Of a stretch of 64,000 bases of DNA, positions 1 through 9,799 are shown one piece after another (the first letter of the stretch is position 1; each line of letters begins with the position of its first letter). A model generated the notes under the pieces. That model made no database searches, was not told where the DNA came from, and worked only from the letters and a program-made list of their open reading frames with translations. The DNA comes from Halobacteriales archaeon QS_8_69_26 (lineage in GTDB: Archaea > Halobacteriota > Halobacteria > Halobacteriales > SW-7-71-33). Location: the NCBI GenBank assembly GCA_003023195.1, contig PXRX01000022.1:14041-78040 (forward strand), read 5' to 3'. The position numbers were made by a program, and so were the translations under genes.

Positions 1-14
1 TCCCGCCGGACTCG

Positions 15-636
15 GTGCTCGACGTCGGGTGCGGGATCGGGAACTACGTGATCCCGATGGCGGAGCGGGGGGTCGAGACCCACGGCCTGGACGTCACGCC
101 CGAGTTCGTAGAGCGGGCCCGGGAGCGCGCCGCCGAGGCCGGGGTCGAGGACCGCACGGAATTTTTCGACCCGGACATGCGGGACCTCGACGGCCTCCCG
201 GGGACCTACGACGCCGCCGTCTGCATCACGGCCTTCGGCTACTTCGACGACGAGGCCAACGAGGCGCTGGTCGCGGCCGTCCACGACCGCCTCGAACCGG
301 GCGGGACCGCCCTGTTCAACGTCGCCAACAAGGAGATGTGGCTGATCACCCGCAAGCACGATGCCAACAGCGTCATCCGCGTTGGCGATGGCTACACCTA
401 CGCCCGACGCCGCCGGTACGACCCCCTCGACTCGCGGCTCTCCACGACGACCCGGGTGATCCGCGACGGGACCTCCGTCGGCCAGTACGAGTACGACAGG
501 CGCCTGTACACGCCCGTCGAGTTGCCGGCTGTTCGCCCGCGCCGGGTTCGACGAGGTGGCGATCCTCGACGGCTACGACGGCGGGGCGCTGACGGATCCC
601 GCCGACGACGTCGTGGTGGTCGCACACAGGCGGTAG
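15..636 (+). pseudogene. Class I SAM-dependent methyltransferase, 5' probably outside window, frameshifted near 524
   Basis: LDVGCGIG motif I; after RLYTPVEL the expected C-terminus (RLFARAGFDEVAILDGYDG...VVVAHRR*) continues in another frame to TAG at 634-636. Confidence 0.75.
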
Positions 637-749
637 GGGCGGTCGGCGGCCGACGACGTCGTGGTGGTCGCCCGCCCGGGGCAGGGGTGGTCGCCTGCGA
701 GCGCTCGGCGGGCACAAGAGGTAACATCTTCCCCCGACAATGGCGGGGC

Positions 750-1127
750 ATGGTACGAAAGGAGGACCCCGACGGCGACGCGATCATAAAGGACGGCGGC
801 GACGTGTCGGTCGGGAGCGCCGAGGACGTCATCGTCGAGGACGCCGGCGCCGTGACGGTCGAGAACGGGGAGGACGTGTTCTTCGAGGAGGGGCGGACGG
901 GCGAGGCGACCATCGTCCGCGCCCAGGACGTCGTCCTCCGGGGCGGCCGGGTCGACGGGGAACTCGTCGTCGAGGGGGCGGAGGACGTCATCATCGAGGC
1001 CGGGTCGGTCGACACCCTCGTCGTCGACGGCGCGGAGGACGTGGTGATAGACGAGGACGCCTCGGTCGACCGGGTCGACGTGAAGAACGCCGAGGACGTC
1101 CGCAACAAGGACTCGGGCTTCTTCTGA
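750..1127 (+). CDS. Small acidic repeat protein (six VxxAEDV-like motifs), possible beta-solenoid
   Basis: ATG at 750, 125 aa, acidic haloarchaeal composition, periodic motif. Confidence 0.7.
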   Translation: MVRKEDPDGDAIIKDGGDVSVGSAEDVIVEDAGAVTVENGEDVFFEEGRTGEATIVRAQDVVLRGGRVDGELVVEGAEDVIIEAGSVDTLVVDGAEDVVIDEDASVDRVDVKNAEDVRNKDSGFF

Positions 1128-1158
1128 TCCGGTCGAGACGGCCGGGGTCGGCGGCGAG

Positions 1159-1231
1159 CGGTGTCCGGCGTCGATCCGACGGTGTCCGGCGTCGATCCGA
1201 CGGTGTCCGGCGTCGATCCGACGGTGTCCGG
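1159..1231. repeat. 21-bp tandem repeat x3.5 (GTGTCCGGCGTCGATCCGACG)
   Basis: Copies start at 1161, 1182, 1203, 1224. Confidence 0.95.
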
Positions 1232-1277
1232 GGGGATCCGGCCACGCCGCGCGAGCGCGCCGGAGGGCGGTGCCGAA

Positions 1278-1667
1278 CTAGCTGTCGGGGACGTCGTCGG
1301 GGTCGTCCTCGACGGCGCGCTTCATCGAGTCGCGGCGGGCCTTGGCGTCCCGGCCGGTCGCCTCCTCCAGGAAGTCGTTCTTCAGCGCGACGGCCTCGCT
1401 CGCGGCCTCCAGTTCGTCGGGGTCCAGTTCCGTCGGGTCCCGCTCCTCGAACTCGACGGCCAACTTGTCCTTCTTCGAGCCGTACTCGGCGGTGCCGGCG
1501 ACGATACGCTCGAAGACCGGGTTGTCCGGCTCCCCGATGACGTAGAGGTCGTTGCCCTTGTACTCCTCCGTACCGGTGACCGGCCCGAAGTAGTCCTCGA
1601 TTTTCGCCTTCATGTCCGGGATTCGGTCCTCCAGGTACTCGCCGCGGCGCATCTTGTACTCCTTCAT
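1278..1667 (-). CDS. Conserved haloarchaeal protein (DUF5611-like)
   Basis: 129 aa, MKEYKMRRGE N-terminus recalled as typical of this family. Confidence 0.75.
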   Translation of the reverse strand: MKEYKMRRGEYLEDRIPDMKAKIEDYFGPVTGTEEYKGNDLYVIGEPDNPVFERIVAGTAEYGSKKDKLAVEFEERDPTELDPDELEAASEAVALKNDFLEEATGRDAKARRDSMKRAVEDDPDDVPDS

Positions 1668-1724
1668 CGTCTCCGTGAGCGGGGTAAGAACCCGGGATCG
1701 GTTATGGGTTTCGTCGCGGTGTGG

Positions 1725-3089
1725 CTACCGCTCGTCGAGGTACCCCCGCGTACAGGAGGGACAGATGTCGCCGGGCAGGTGGGCGGTCCGGTCCAGGCTC
1801 CACGTGCTCGCACACTCGGGACAGTGGAGTTCGCCCGCGACCCCGTCCCCCTCGGTGGTCGTCCAGTCCTCGGTCGTGCGGGGGTCGCCGGTCCCCGGGG
1901 ACGCGGTCCGGTCGCCGAGTCCGGCGGTCGACCCCGCCGTGGCGACGCCGGATCCCTCGCCGGCCCCGGTCTCGGCCGGACCGAGCCCCGGGTCGCTCCC
2001 GGGAGCGTCGCCGTCGGCGCGAACGTCCCCGCCCCCCCCGACGTCGGCCCCCGTGAGCGGGTCGCCGGTCCCCGGTTCGGCCGGTACGTCCACCGCGCCG
2101 TCGAGCCACTCCGCGCGGTCGGCACGCTCGTCCTCGTCGAACTCGGGCCACTCCCGGTCCACGAGGTCGGTGTCGTCGGGGTCGGTCGGGTCGTCGTCGC
2201 CCCCGTCCCCGAGGATCACCCCGTCGTCGTCCGGCTGGTCGGTGGCGTCCGTGAGGTCGCCCTCCGCCTCGCGGATGGCCTCGGCGAGCGACGGCCCCTC
2301 GTCGACCTCGGTTCCCCCGATCACGCCGTCGCCGGCCGGCCCACCGGGGTCGTCGGCTGGTCCACTGGGGTCGTCGGCTCCCGCCCCGACCGAGGGGTCG
2401 AGGATCTCGGCCCCCTCGTCGGTTTCCGGCGGTTCGGGGTCCTCGGCGACCTCTGCAGGATCGGTCTCGTCGTCGGTGGTCTCTTCGGGATCGGTCCCGT
2501 CGTCGGTCTCACCGGGATCGGTCGTTTCATTGTCGGCGTCCTCGGGATCGGTCGTTTCACTGTCGGCGTCCTCGGGATCGGTCGCATCGTCGGCGACCGC
2601 TTCGGGAGCGGCCGCACCGCCGGCGGCCTCCCCGGGTTCCGACGGGTCGGTGACGTCGTCCGTCGTCGCCCCTCCGGGGTCGTCGCCGGCGTCAAGGATC
2701 ACGGCGTCGTCCTCGTCGGGGGTGTCGGGGGCGTCCGTCTCGTCGCCGGGAGTGGTGGAGTCGTCCGGTTCGTCGTCGGGGGTGTCGGGGCCGGCGACGG
2801 TACTCACCTCCCCCTCGGCCTCCCGGATAATCTCGGCGTCGGGGCCGTCCTCCGGTGGCGGACCGTCCCCTGTGACCGCCTCCGGCGGCTGGCGGTCGTC
2901 GTCCCTCGCGGCCGCCCACTCGACGGCGGTCACGCCGGTGTTCTCGCTGATCACCCGGACGTTCCCACAGCGAACGCACTGCTCGTACTCCCTGACGGTC
3001 AGGACCACCTCGCTCCCGCGGCGTTCTTCCTCACGCTCGATCTCGGTGCCGTCGTAGTCGCACCCGAGGACCGAACACCTGATACCCAT
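1725..3089 (-). CDS. Highly acidic low-complexity protein with Cys clusters at both ends (DUF7093-like)
   Basis: N-terminal CSVLGC...CVRCG, C-terminal CPEC...CPSC, D/E/P-rich linker with internal TDPEDAD repeats. Confidence 0.8.
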   Translation of the reverse strand: MGIRCSVLGCDYDGTEIEREEERRGSEVVLTVREYEQCVRCGNVRVISENTGVTAVEWAAARDDDRQPPEAVTGDGPPPEDGPDAEIIREAEGEVSTVAGPDTPDDEPDDSTTPGDETDAPDTPDEDDAVILDAGDDPGGATTDDVTDPSEPGEAAGGAAAPEAVADDATDPEDADSETTDPEDADNETTDPGETDDGTDPEETTDDETDPAEVAEDPEPPETDEGAEILDPSVGAGADDPSGPADDPGGPAGDGVIGGTEVDEGPSLAEAIREAEGDLTDATDQPDDDGVILGDGGDDDPTDPDDTDLVDREWPEFDEDERADRAEWLDGAVDVPAEPGTGDPLTGADVGGGGDVRADGDAPGSDPGLGPAETGAGEGSGVATAGSTAGLGDRTASPGTGDPRTTEDWTTTEGDGVAGELHCPECASTWSLDRTAHLPGDICPSCTRGYLDER

Positions 3090-3236
3090 TGGATCTCGCT
3101 ACCGAATCCGGACACAAAAACCTGCGTCAGACATTTGACAATCATCCGACGGTCTCGCCGCGTGGGGGCCGGCGACCGTCCCTCGCTCGGGCCGACGGGA
3201 TCAATGATAAGAGGCCGCCGGACGAACTCCGAAACG

Positions 3237-3533
3237 ATGCGGGTCAAGCCGGAGTACCGCGACCGCGACGACGTCCAGGTCGCGGTGCTGGACGCACTCG
3301 TCGAGCGGGGCCAGGAGGGGATGACGCTGTTCGAGATCCGGTCCCGGACCGAGGTCGACATCGACGACCTGGAGGACGCGCTCGCGGAACTCAAGGCCGA
3401 GGGGCTCATCGAGGTCGAGAAGAACGACGGCCGCACCCTGTTCGAACCGGCCGACCGGGTGATCCCCGACCCCGACGAGAGCGACCCCGAGCAGTCCCTC
3501 CTCGACGCGATCCGCGAGCGTCTGCCGTTCTGA
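3237..3533 (+). CDS. Small winged-HTH-like protein (DUF6432-like)
   Basis: VAVLDALVE...MTLFEIRSR...LEDALAELKAEGLIEV pattern. Confidence 0.8.
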   Translation: MRVKPEYRDRDDVQVAVLDALVERGQEGMTLFEIRSRTEVDIDDLEDALAELKAEGLIEVEKNDGRTLFEPADRVIPDPDESDPEQSLLDAIRERLPF

Positions 3534-3540
3534 GCGGTCG

Positions 3541-3665
3541 GATCCGGCCCCCGAACCTGTCCGCCGGGATCCGGTCGATCCGGCCCTCGAACCTGTCCGC
3601 CGGGATCCGGTCGATCCGGCCCTTGAACCTGTCCGCCGGGATCCGGTCGATCCGGCCCTCGAACC
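3541..3665. repeat. 36-bp tandem repeat x3.5, GATC-rich
   Basis: GATCCGGCCC at 3541, 3577, 3613, 3649. Confidence 0.95.
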
Positions 3666-3723
3666 GGACCGGGCCGCCGGCCGGACCGGACGAGTTTTGC
3701 GTCGCCGGCGTCCACTGGGTGGT

Positions 3724-4905
3724 ATGAGCACGGTCGCGGGGTTCCACGAGGACCTCGGAGCGACGTTCGCGGAGGTCGGCGGGCGGCAGGTGGTACTCGA
3801 CTACGGACGGCCCGACCGGACCCACGTCGCGGTCCGCACCGGCGTCGGCCTGACCGAACCCGCCTACGGGATCGTCGTCGTCGAGGGATCGGACCGGATC
3901 GAGTACGTCGACAACGCCGTCTCGAACCGGGTCCCGCGGGACGACGGCGAGGGCGTCTACGCCCTCCTCCTCGACCCGCAGGGCGGCATCGAGACGGACA
4001 TGTACGTCTACAACGCCGGGGAGCGGGTGCTGTGTTTCACGCCCCCGGAGCGCGCCGGTCCGGTGGCCGAGGAGTGGGCCGAGAAGACGTTCATCCAGGA
4101 CGTCGCGGTGCGGGAGGCGACCGACGAGTTCGCCGTCTTCGGGATCCACGGTCCCGACGCCACGGAGAAGGTCGCGAGCGTGCTGGTCGGCACCTCGACC
4201 CCGGACCGGCCGCTGTCGTTCGTCCGCGGTCCCGTCCGCGACGAGGGCACGACGGTCATCAGGACCGACGCCCCGGCCGGCGAGGAGGGGTACGAGGTGG
4301 TCTGTGCGGCCGACGACGCCGAAGCCGTCTACGACACCCTCCTGAACCACGGCCTCAACGCCGCCCCGTTCGGCCTGCGGACCTGGGAGACGCTCACGCT
4401 GGAGGCCGGCACGCCCCTGTTCGGGACCGAACTCGACGGCCGGATCCCCAACGAGGTCGGCGTCCGCAACGCCCTGGACTTCGAGAAGGGGTGTTACGTC
4501 GGTCAGGAGGTCGTCTCCCGGATCGAGAACCGCGGGACGCCGCGGAAGCGACTGGTCGGACTGGCGCTCCCGGAGGGGAGTTCGGACGTGGACGATCCGG
4601 GGACGCCGGACGAGGACGACCCGGGAACGCCGGACGAGGACGACCCGGGGACGCCGGAGGACACCGACGCCCCGGTCCCCGAGGAGGGGGCCGCCGTCTT
4701 CGTCGGCGACGCGGCCGTCGGCGAGGTCACGCGGGCCGTCCGGAGCCCCACGCTGGAGGAACGGGTCGCCATGGCCGTGGTCGAGGCCGACGCCGACCTC
4801 GGGGAGGCGACGGTCCGCGTCGACGGTCACCCCGTCGACGCCGACCCCCGGTCGTTCCCCCTGGTCGAGGGGAGCGAGCGGTCGGCGCGGATCCCCCGGT
4901 ACTGA
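3724..4905 (+). CDS. Aminomethyltransferase/YgfZ-GcvT family folate-binding protein
   Basis: KGCYVGQE signature; LLDPQGGIETD motif; in-frame (DDPGTPDE)x3 insert. Confidence 0.9.
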   Translation: MSTVAGFHEDLGATFAEVGGRQVVLDYGRPDRTHVAVRTGVGLTEPAYGIVVVEGSDRIEYVDNAVSNRVPRDDGEGVYALLLDPQGGIETDMYVYNAGERVLCFTPPERAGPVAEEWAEKTFIQDVAVREATDEFAVFGIHGPDATEKVASVLVGTSTPDRPLSFVRGPVRDEGTTVIRTDAPAGEEGYEVVCAADDAEAVYDTLLNHGLNAAPFGLRTWETLTLEAGTPLFGTELDGRIPNEVGVRNALDFEKGCYVGQEVVSRIENRGTPRKRLVGLALPEGSSDVDDPGTPDEDDPGTPDEDDPGTPEDTDAPVPEEGAAVFVGDAAVGEVTRAVRSPTLEERVAMAVVEADADLGEATVRVDGHPVDADPRSFPLVEGSERSARIPRY

Positions 4906-5071
4906 CCGGTCGGGTCTTCCGTGGGGGTCGGATCTCGGATGGCGGGAGCAGATCCCGACTGGCGGGTGCGGATCCCTACTAGCGGGGCCGGATCCCGACT
5001 GGCGGGGTCGGATCCCGGCCCCGCCGCGACGGATCCCAAGCGTCATCACACCCCGACCGCTACCGGTGGAC

Positions 5072-5230
5072 ATGCCCGACGACTCCGCTTCGGACCTGAC
5101 TGCTGGCCTGACGAAGCCCCGGACCCTCCTCCTGGTCGGGGTCGCCATCGCGGTGGCCGCCGCCATCGCCGCCCTCTCGCTCGACGACGACGAGTTCCCC
5201 GAGGACGACCCCGTCGAGATCGACATCTGA
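5072..5230 (+). CDS. 52-aa single-TM protein
   Basis: MPDDSASDLTAGLTKPRTLLLVGVAIAVAAAIAALSLDDDEFPEDDPVEIDI*; below ORF-track cutoff. Confidence 0.65.
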   Translation: MPDDSASDLTAGLTKPRTLLLVGVAIAVAAAIAALSLDDDEFPEDDPVEIDI

Positions 5231-5266
5231 GCGGCTGGGAGTGGCCGGCGGACGCGGTCCTCGTCC

Positions 5267-6622
5267 CTACACCAGGGCGGAGACCGTCGAGCCGTCGGCC
5301 ACGAACGTGGTTCCATTGTGGACGCTCGGGTCGGAGGGCCCGCGTCCGTCGCCCCCCGCCAGGCGGAACCGGCGGTCGCCCGTCGACGGGTCGAGGCCGT
5401 CGACGGCCGGGACTCCCTGGAGGGAGACGGCGGCGACGGCGTCGTCGGCGTCGACCACCTCCGCTATCTCGGCGTCGACGTCGTGGCGCCAGCGTTCGGT
5501 CCCGTCCGCGGCCGAGAGGGCGACGGCACCGCCGCCGCCTCCTTCGCTGAAGCGGGCACAGTACAGCGTCTCGTCGTGGAGGGTCTCGACGAACGCCTGG
5601 ATCCCGGCGTCCCACGTCTGCGAGCCGTCGAACCCGTACGCGGCGACGGTTTCGCCGCCGACGTAGGCGCGGTCGCCGGCGACCAGCGAGTTGACGAAAG
5701 TGTCGGTGTAACTCCACCGTCGATCGCCCGTGGCCGGGTCGAGGGCGTACAGGCCGTTGGCGGACCTGTCGGTGGCGACCAGCACCGTTCCGCCGGCGAA
5801 CACTGGTGCGCGGGGAGCCACCTCGGAGAGTTCGTCGTCCTCCCAGCGGACGGTCCCGTCGGCGTCGACGACCCGAAGGTACCCCCAGTCCGCGACGGCG
5901 ACCGCGTCGTCGCTGGCCCCGGCGGCCTGGGCGTCGCCGACCTCCACGGTCCAGAGGGCCTCGCCGCTCGCCGCGTCGTGGGCCGTGAGCGTCTCGCCCT
6001 CCCCGGAGAGCGCGTCGTCGCTGGTCGCGGTGTAGACCCTGCCCCCGGCGACCGCGAGCAGGGAGAGGAAGCTCGGGTAGTCCTCCCCGCTCGACCACCG
6101 ACGGCTCCCGGTCGCGGCGTCGACTGCGTGGACGGCGAAGTCGTCGCCGTGGCCCCCGGTCTGCTCGCCGCTCGCGAGGTAGACCGTCCCGTCGGCGTGG
6201 ATGGGCGACTCGTCCTGCCCGGGACCGGTGTAGAACGACCCGCCCACTTCGGTCCGCCAGCGGACGGTCCCGTCGAACTCGACGGCGTGGAGGTTCCCGT
6301 CGGCGGTGCCGACGTAGAGGGCGTCGCCGGCCACCGCGGGTCCGAGCGACACGTCCGCGTCGAACGACGACTGCCAGGCCAGGGCTGACTCGGGCGTGAC
6401 CGACGCATTGCCGCCGGTCCCGGTCGTCCCCTCCGTGGTTGGCTCCGTCGTGGGCTCCGGGGTCGACGACCCGCCGGTCGTACTCCCCGTCGTGGCTGGC
6501 TCCTCGCTCGCGGTCGGTGTGCTCCCCCCGCTCGCCCCCTCGGGCGACTCCTGCCCCCCGAGACAGCCGGCCGCCAGGAGGGTGCCTATCGATCCGAGTA
6601 CCGCCCGTCTGTCGCGTCTCAT
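5267..6622 (-). CDS. Tat lipoprotein with PQQ-like beta-propeller repeats (BamB-like)
   Basis: DRRAVL twin-Arg, AGC lipobox, repeated ALD..TG..RW motifs. Confidence 0.9.
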   Translation of the reverse strand: MRRDRRAVLGSIGTLLAAGCLGGQESPEGASGGSTPTASEEPATTGSTTGGSSTPEPTTEPTTEGTTGTGGNASVTPESALAWQSSFDADVSLGPAVAGDALYVGTADGNLHAVEFDGTVRWRTEVGGSFYTGPGQDESPIHADGTVYLASGEQTGGHGDDFAVHAVDAATGSRRWSSGEDYPSFLSLLAVAGGRVYTATSDDALSGEGETLTAHDAASGEALWTVEVGDAQAAGASDDAVAVADWGYLRVVDADGTVRWEDDELSEVAPRAPVFAGGTVLVATDRSANGLYALDPATGDRRWSYTDTFVNSLVAGDRAYVGGETVAAYGFDGSQTWDAGIQAFVETLHDETLYCARFSEGGGGGAVALSAADGTERWRHDVDAEIAEVVDADDAVAAVSLQGVPAVDGLDPSTGDRRFRLAGGDGRGPSDPSVHNGTTFVADGSTVSALV

Positions 6623-6769
6623 ACCGGGATCCACGACGACCGGTCTTAGGGGTCTTGTCCACGCACAAAGAGCGGCTTTAGCTACACTGGGTGCCGTGAT
6701 GCCCGAACGACCACCTGCCGGATGGACCGGATCCACACCACCTTTCATCGCCGCCCCCGGAGACGGGGT

Positions 6770-7333
6770 ATGATCCGCTACGTCACCGGCAACCCCGGCA
6801 AGGTCCGGGAGGTCCGGGAGTACCTCGACGACCCGGTCGAACAGGTGGAGTACGACTACGCCGAGGTCCAGAGCGACTCGGTCGTCGAGATAGCGAGCCG
6901 TGGTGCCCGCGAGGCCCACGAGGCGGTCGGGGACCCGGTGCTGGTCGACGACGCCGGCCTGTTCGTCGACGCCTTCGACGGCTTCCCCGGTCCCTACTCC
7001 TCGTACGTCGAGGACACCGTCGGCGTCGAGGGGGTCTGGCGACTGAATGAGGCCGAGACGGACGAAGACGAACGCCGGGCCTCCTTCCGGATCGCGCTGG
7101 TCTACTGCGACGCGGAGACCCGCGAGGAGGAACCGGACGGCGTCCGGGTCTTCGAGGGAAAGGTGACCGGGCGGCTGGTCGCCCCCCGCGGCGAGGGCGG
7201 GTTCGGATACGACCCCATCTTCGAGTACAACGGCCGCACCATGGCGGAGATGGACGCGGCGGAGAAGAACGCCGTCAGTCACCGCGGGCGGGCCCTGGAG
7301 AAGTTCGCGGAGTGGTACGCCGAACACCGCTGA
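6770..7333 (+). CDS. rdgB: Non-canonical purine NTP pyrophosphatase (RdgB/HAM1)
   Basis: VTGNPGK, DDAGL, GFGYDPIF and SHR motifs. Confidence 0.95.
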   Translation: MIRYVTGNPGKVREVREYLDDPVEQVEYDYAEVQSDSVVEIASRGAREAHEAVGDPVLVDDAGLFVDAFDGFPGPYSSYVEDTVGVEGVWRLNEAETDEDERRASFRIALVYCDAETREEEPDGVRVFEGKVTGRLVAPRGEGGFGYDPIFEYNGRTMAEMDAAEKNAVSHRGRALEKFAEWYAEHR

Positions 7334-7425
7334 TCTCCCGCCGACCCGTCCGGGACGGTTCGCCGGTTTCGAGCCACGTTCCGCCGTCGCCGGTTATATT
7401 CCGGTGGGGGACCGAACCGTAATCG

Positions 7426-9339
7426 ATGGTCGGTGGGATCGGGTGGCCGGCGTGGCTCACGCTGGGGTCGGGAGTCGCGAACCTCCTGCTGGTGGTCTAC
7501 CTGCGGTCGTACCTCGACAGGCCCGGGGCGGGAACGTTCGTCGGCGTCCTCGCCTGCCAGGCGCTCTGGTCGTTCGCCTACGGCGGGGCACTGTTCGTGG
7601 CGAACCGGACGATAAGCGCCGGCCTGGAGGGGGTCGTCTGGGTCGCCGTCAGCTGGATCGGCGTCTTCTACCTGGCCTTTGCCCTGGAGTACACGGGCCG
7701 GTCCCACCTCCTCGGGTCGTGGTGGTTCCGCGGCATCGTCGCCTTCGAGGTCCTCTCGACGGTGGTGGTAGCGACCAACGACGTCCACCACCTCGTCTGG
7801 CGCGACTTCCGGGTCGACCCGACGCTCGGGGTTCAGACGGCCGCGTACGTCCACGGGCCCTGGGTGTTCGTCCAGTACGCCGCGCTGTTCCTCCTGAGCA
7901 CCTTCGCGGTGTTCCTCCTGCTGGACACGGTCGTCAGCTACGGGCCGCTCTACCGGACCCAGGCGGTCGCCGTCGCGCTGACGCCAGTTCCCCCCGCGGT
8001 CGCGTTCACCCTCTGGACGTTCGGCCTCGGTCCGGTCCCGCGGCTGAACCTCACGCCCGTCGCCTTCATCCCGCACATCGCCCTGGACGTCTTCGCCCTG
8101 TTCCACAGCGACATGTTCGAGTTCAACCCCTCGACCCGGCGCCTGGGCGAACGGGCCGCACTCGACGACCTCGGGACGCCCGTCGTCATCGTCGACGAGG
8201 TCGGGCGGATCGTCAGGCTGAACGACGCCGCCCGGTCGGCGTTCGGGGCCCCGGGCCGGTCGGCGGTCGCCCGGCCCCTCAGGAACCTGCTGGACGACGG
8301 GACCGCCACCGACGGCGGCGCCGGGGCGGGAACCGCCGACCCGTCGGGCCCACGCGAGGGAGCGACGGATCCCGGCGAGGAAACGGTGAATCCCGGCGAG
8401 GGTGGACCCGCCGAGGGAACGGCGATGCCAGACGAGAGTCCATCCCCTGCCGACGGGGGACCGACGACCTCCGACGGGTCCGACGCCCCGCCCGACCCCT
8501 TCGGAGGGATCGACCCGTCGTCCGGCGGCACCGTCGTCCACCGCCGCGACGGGGCGCGGCGGGTGTACGCAGTCACTGGCACCCCGCTGTCGGGCGGCCC
8601 GGGGGGTCCAGTCGGCTACACGCTGGTGTTCCAGGACGTCACCGCCGAGCGCCGCCGCGAACAGCGCCTGGAGGTCCTCAACCGGGTCCTCCGGCACAAC
8701 CTCCGCAACGACCTGAACGCCGTCGAGGGGTACCTGGGACTGGCCGAGGAGCGCGTCGAGGACGAGGCGGTCGCCGAGATGCTGGCGACGGCCGGCGCCG
8801 AGACCGCCGATCTCCTCGCCCTCGGCCAGAAGGCGCGGGAGACGGAGCGTGCCATGGCCGAGGCCGACGCCGCTCCCGTCCCCGTCGCGCTCCACGACCA
8901 CCTCTCGACGGTGGCCGAGGGGTTCGAGCGCCGGTACCCCGACCGGCGGGTGGTCGTCGAGGCGCCCGGCGATGCGTGGGTACGCACGAACCCGCGGTTG
9001 CTGGAGGCGGCCCTCGCCAACCTCGTCGAGAACGCCCTCGAACACACCGACGACCCCGAGGTCGTGGTTGCCCTCGCCGGCACCGATCCCGACGCGGACA
9101 CGGCGACCGTCGAGGTCCGGGACGACGGCCCCGGGATCCCCGACACCGAACTGGCGGCCGTCGAGTCGGGCGCCGAGACGTCCCTCGAACACGGGAGCGG
9201 GCTGGGGCTGTGGCTGGTCACCTGGGCCGTCGAGGCCCTCGGCGGGACCGTCTCCTTCGAGGCCGACGACGGCGGCACCACCGTTAGCGTCGAGGTGCCC
9301 GGACTCATCGACGGCCCGCCCGACGACTGGGAGGGGTAA
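7426..9339 (+). CDS. Sensor histidine kinase with N-terminal 7TM domain, PAS-like region and HATPase
   Basis: 7 hydrophobic segments, RHNLRN H-box, NLVENA, DDGPGIP, GSGLGL. Confidence 0.92.
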   Translation: MVGGIGWPAWLTLGSGVANLLLVVYLRSYLDRPGAGTFVGVLACQALWSFAYGGALFVANRTISAGLEGVVWVAVSWIGVFYLAFALEYTGRSHLLGSWWFRGIVAFEVLSTVVVATNDVHHLVWRDFRVDPTLGVQTAAYVHGPWVFVQYAALFLLSTFAVFLLLDTVVSYGPLYRTQAVAVALTPVPPAVAFTLWTFGLGPVPRLNLTPVAFIPHIALDVFALFHSDMFEFNPSTRRLGERAALDDLGTPVVIVDEVGRIVRLNDAARSAFGAPGRSAVARPLRNLLDDGTATDGGAGAGTADPSGPREGATDPGEETVNPGEGGPAEGTAMPDESPSPADGGPTTSDGSDAPPDPFGGIDPSSGGTVVHRRDGARRVYAVTGTPLSGGPGGPVGYTLVFQDVTAERRREQRLEVLNRVLRHNLRNDLNAVEGYLGLAEERVEDEAVAEMLATAGAETADLLALGQKARETERAMAEADAAPVPVALHDHLSTVAEGFERRYPDRRVVVEAPGDAWVRTNPRLLEAALANLVENALEHTDDPEVVVALAGTDPDADTATVEVRDDGPGIPDTELAAVESGAETSLEHGSGLGLWLVTWAVEALGGTVSFEADDGGTTVSVEVPGLIDGPPDDWEG

Positions 9340-9390
9340 CTGAAGTCTGCCGGCAACTCCGGAGGATCCCGTCCTCTCCCGTCCCCCGAC

Positions 9391-9486
9391 CTACTCCCCG
9401 GTGAGGACCTCCACCTGCCAGTCGTCGTCGGGGATCTCCGCCTCCATCTCGACCTCGACGAGTGCGTCGGGGTCGAGGAGATACTC
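9391..9486 (-). pseudogene. C-terminal remnant resembling a RidA-family protein
   Basis: Minus frame reads LLDPDALVEVEMEAEIPDDDWQVEVLTGE*; upstream in-frame stop at 9523-9525, no plausible full-length start. Confidence 0.5.
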
Positions 9487-9540
9487 GCGCAGGGACGGGT
9501 CGACACCGACGGGTCCGGCGGATCAGGACACGGCGGGCCG

Positions 9541-9783
9541 ATGGACGGCCCCGGTGGGATGGGGGGATCCGGGACGATGGGCGGACCCAGCTGGCGGATG
9601 CTCGTCCCCGTCGGGGTCGTCGGGACGGTTCTCGCCCTGACCGGCGGGACCGTCTACTGGGCCGCCCGTCGTGGCTCGTCGTCTACCAGTACCGACCCCG
9701 CGATAGCCACGCTCGAAGGACGGTACGCCCGGGGTGAGATCGACGAGGAGGTGTTCGAGCGACGCCGCGAACGGTTGCACCCT
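9541..9783 (+). pseudogene. SHOCT-domain membrane protein, probably degenerate; no stop after the domain (ORF runs to 10188)
   Basis: TM segment then DPAIATLEGRYARGEIDEEVFERRRERL. Confidence 0.65.
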
Positions 9784-9799
9784 AGAGGCGGGGCCGCAG

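Noticed and set aside
15..1127. 370-aa methyltransferase-repeat fusion ORF
   Set aside because: The Arg-rich middle is out-of-frame sequence; better explained by two genes and a frameshift.
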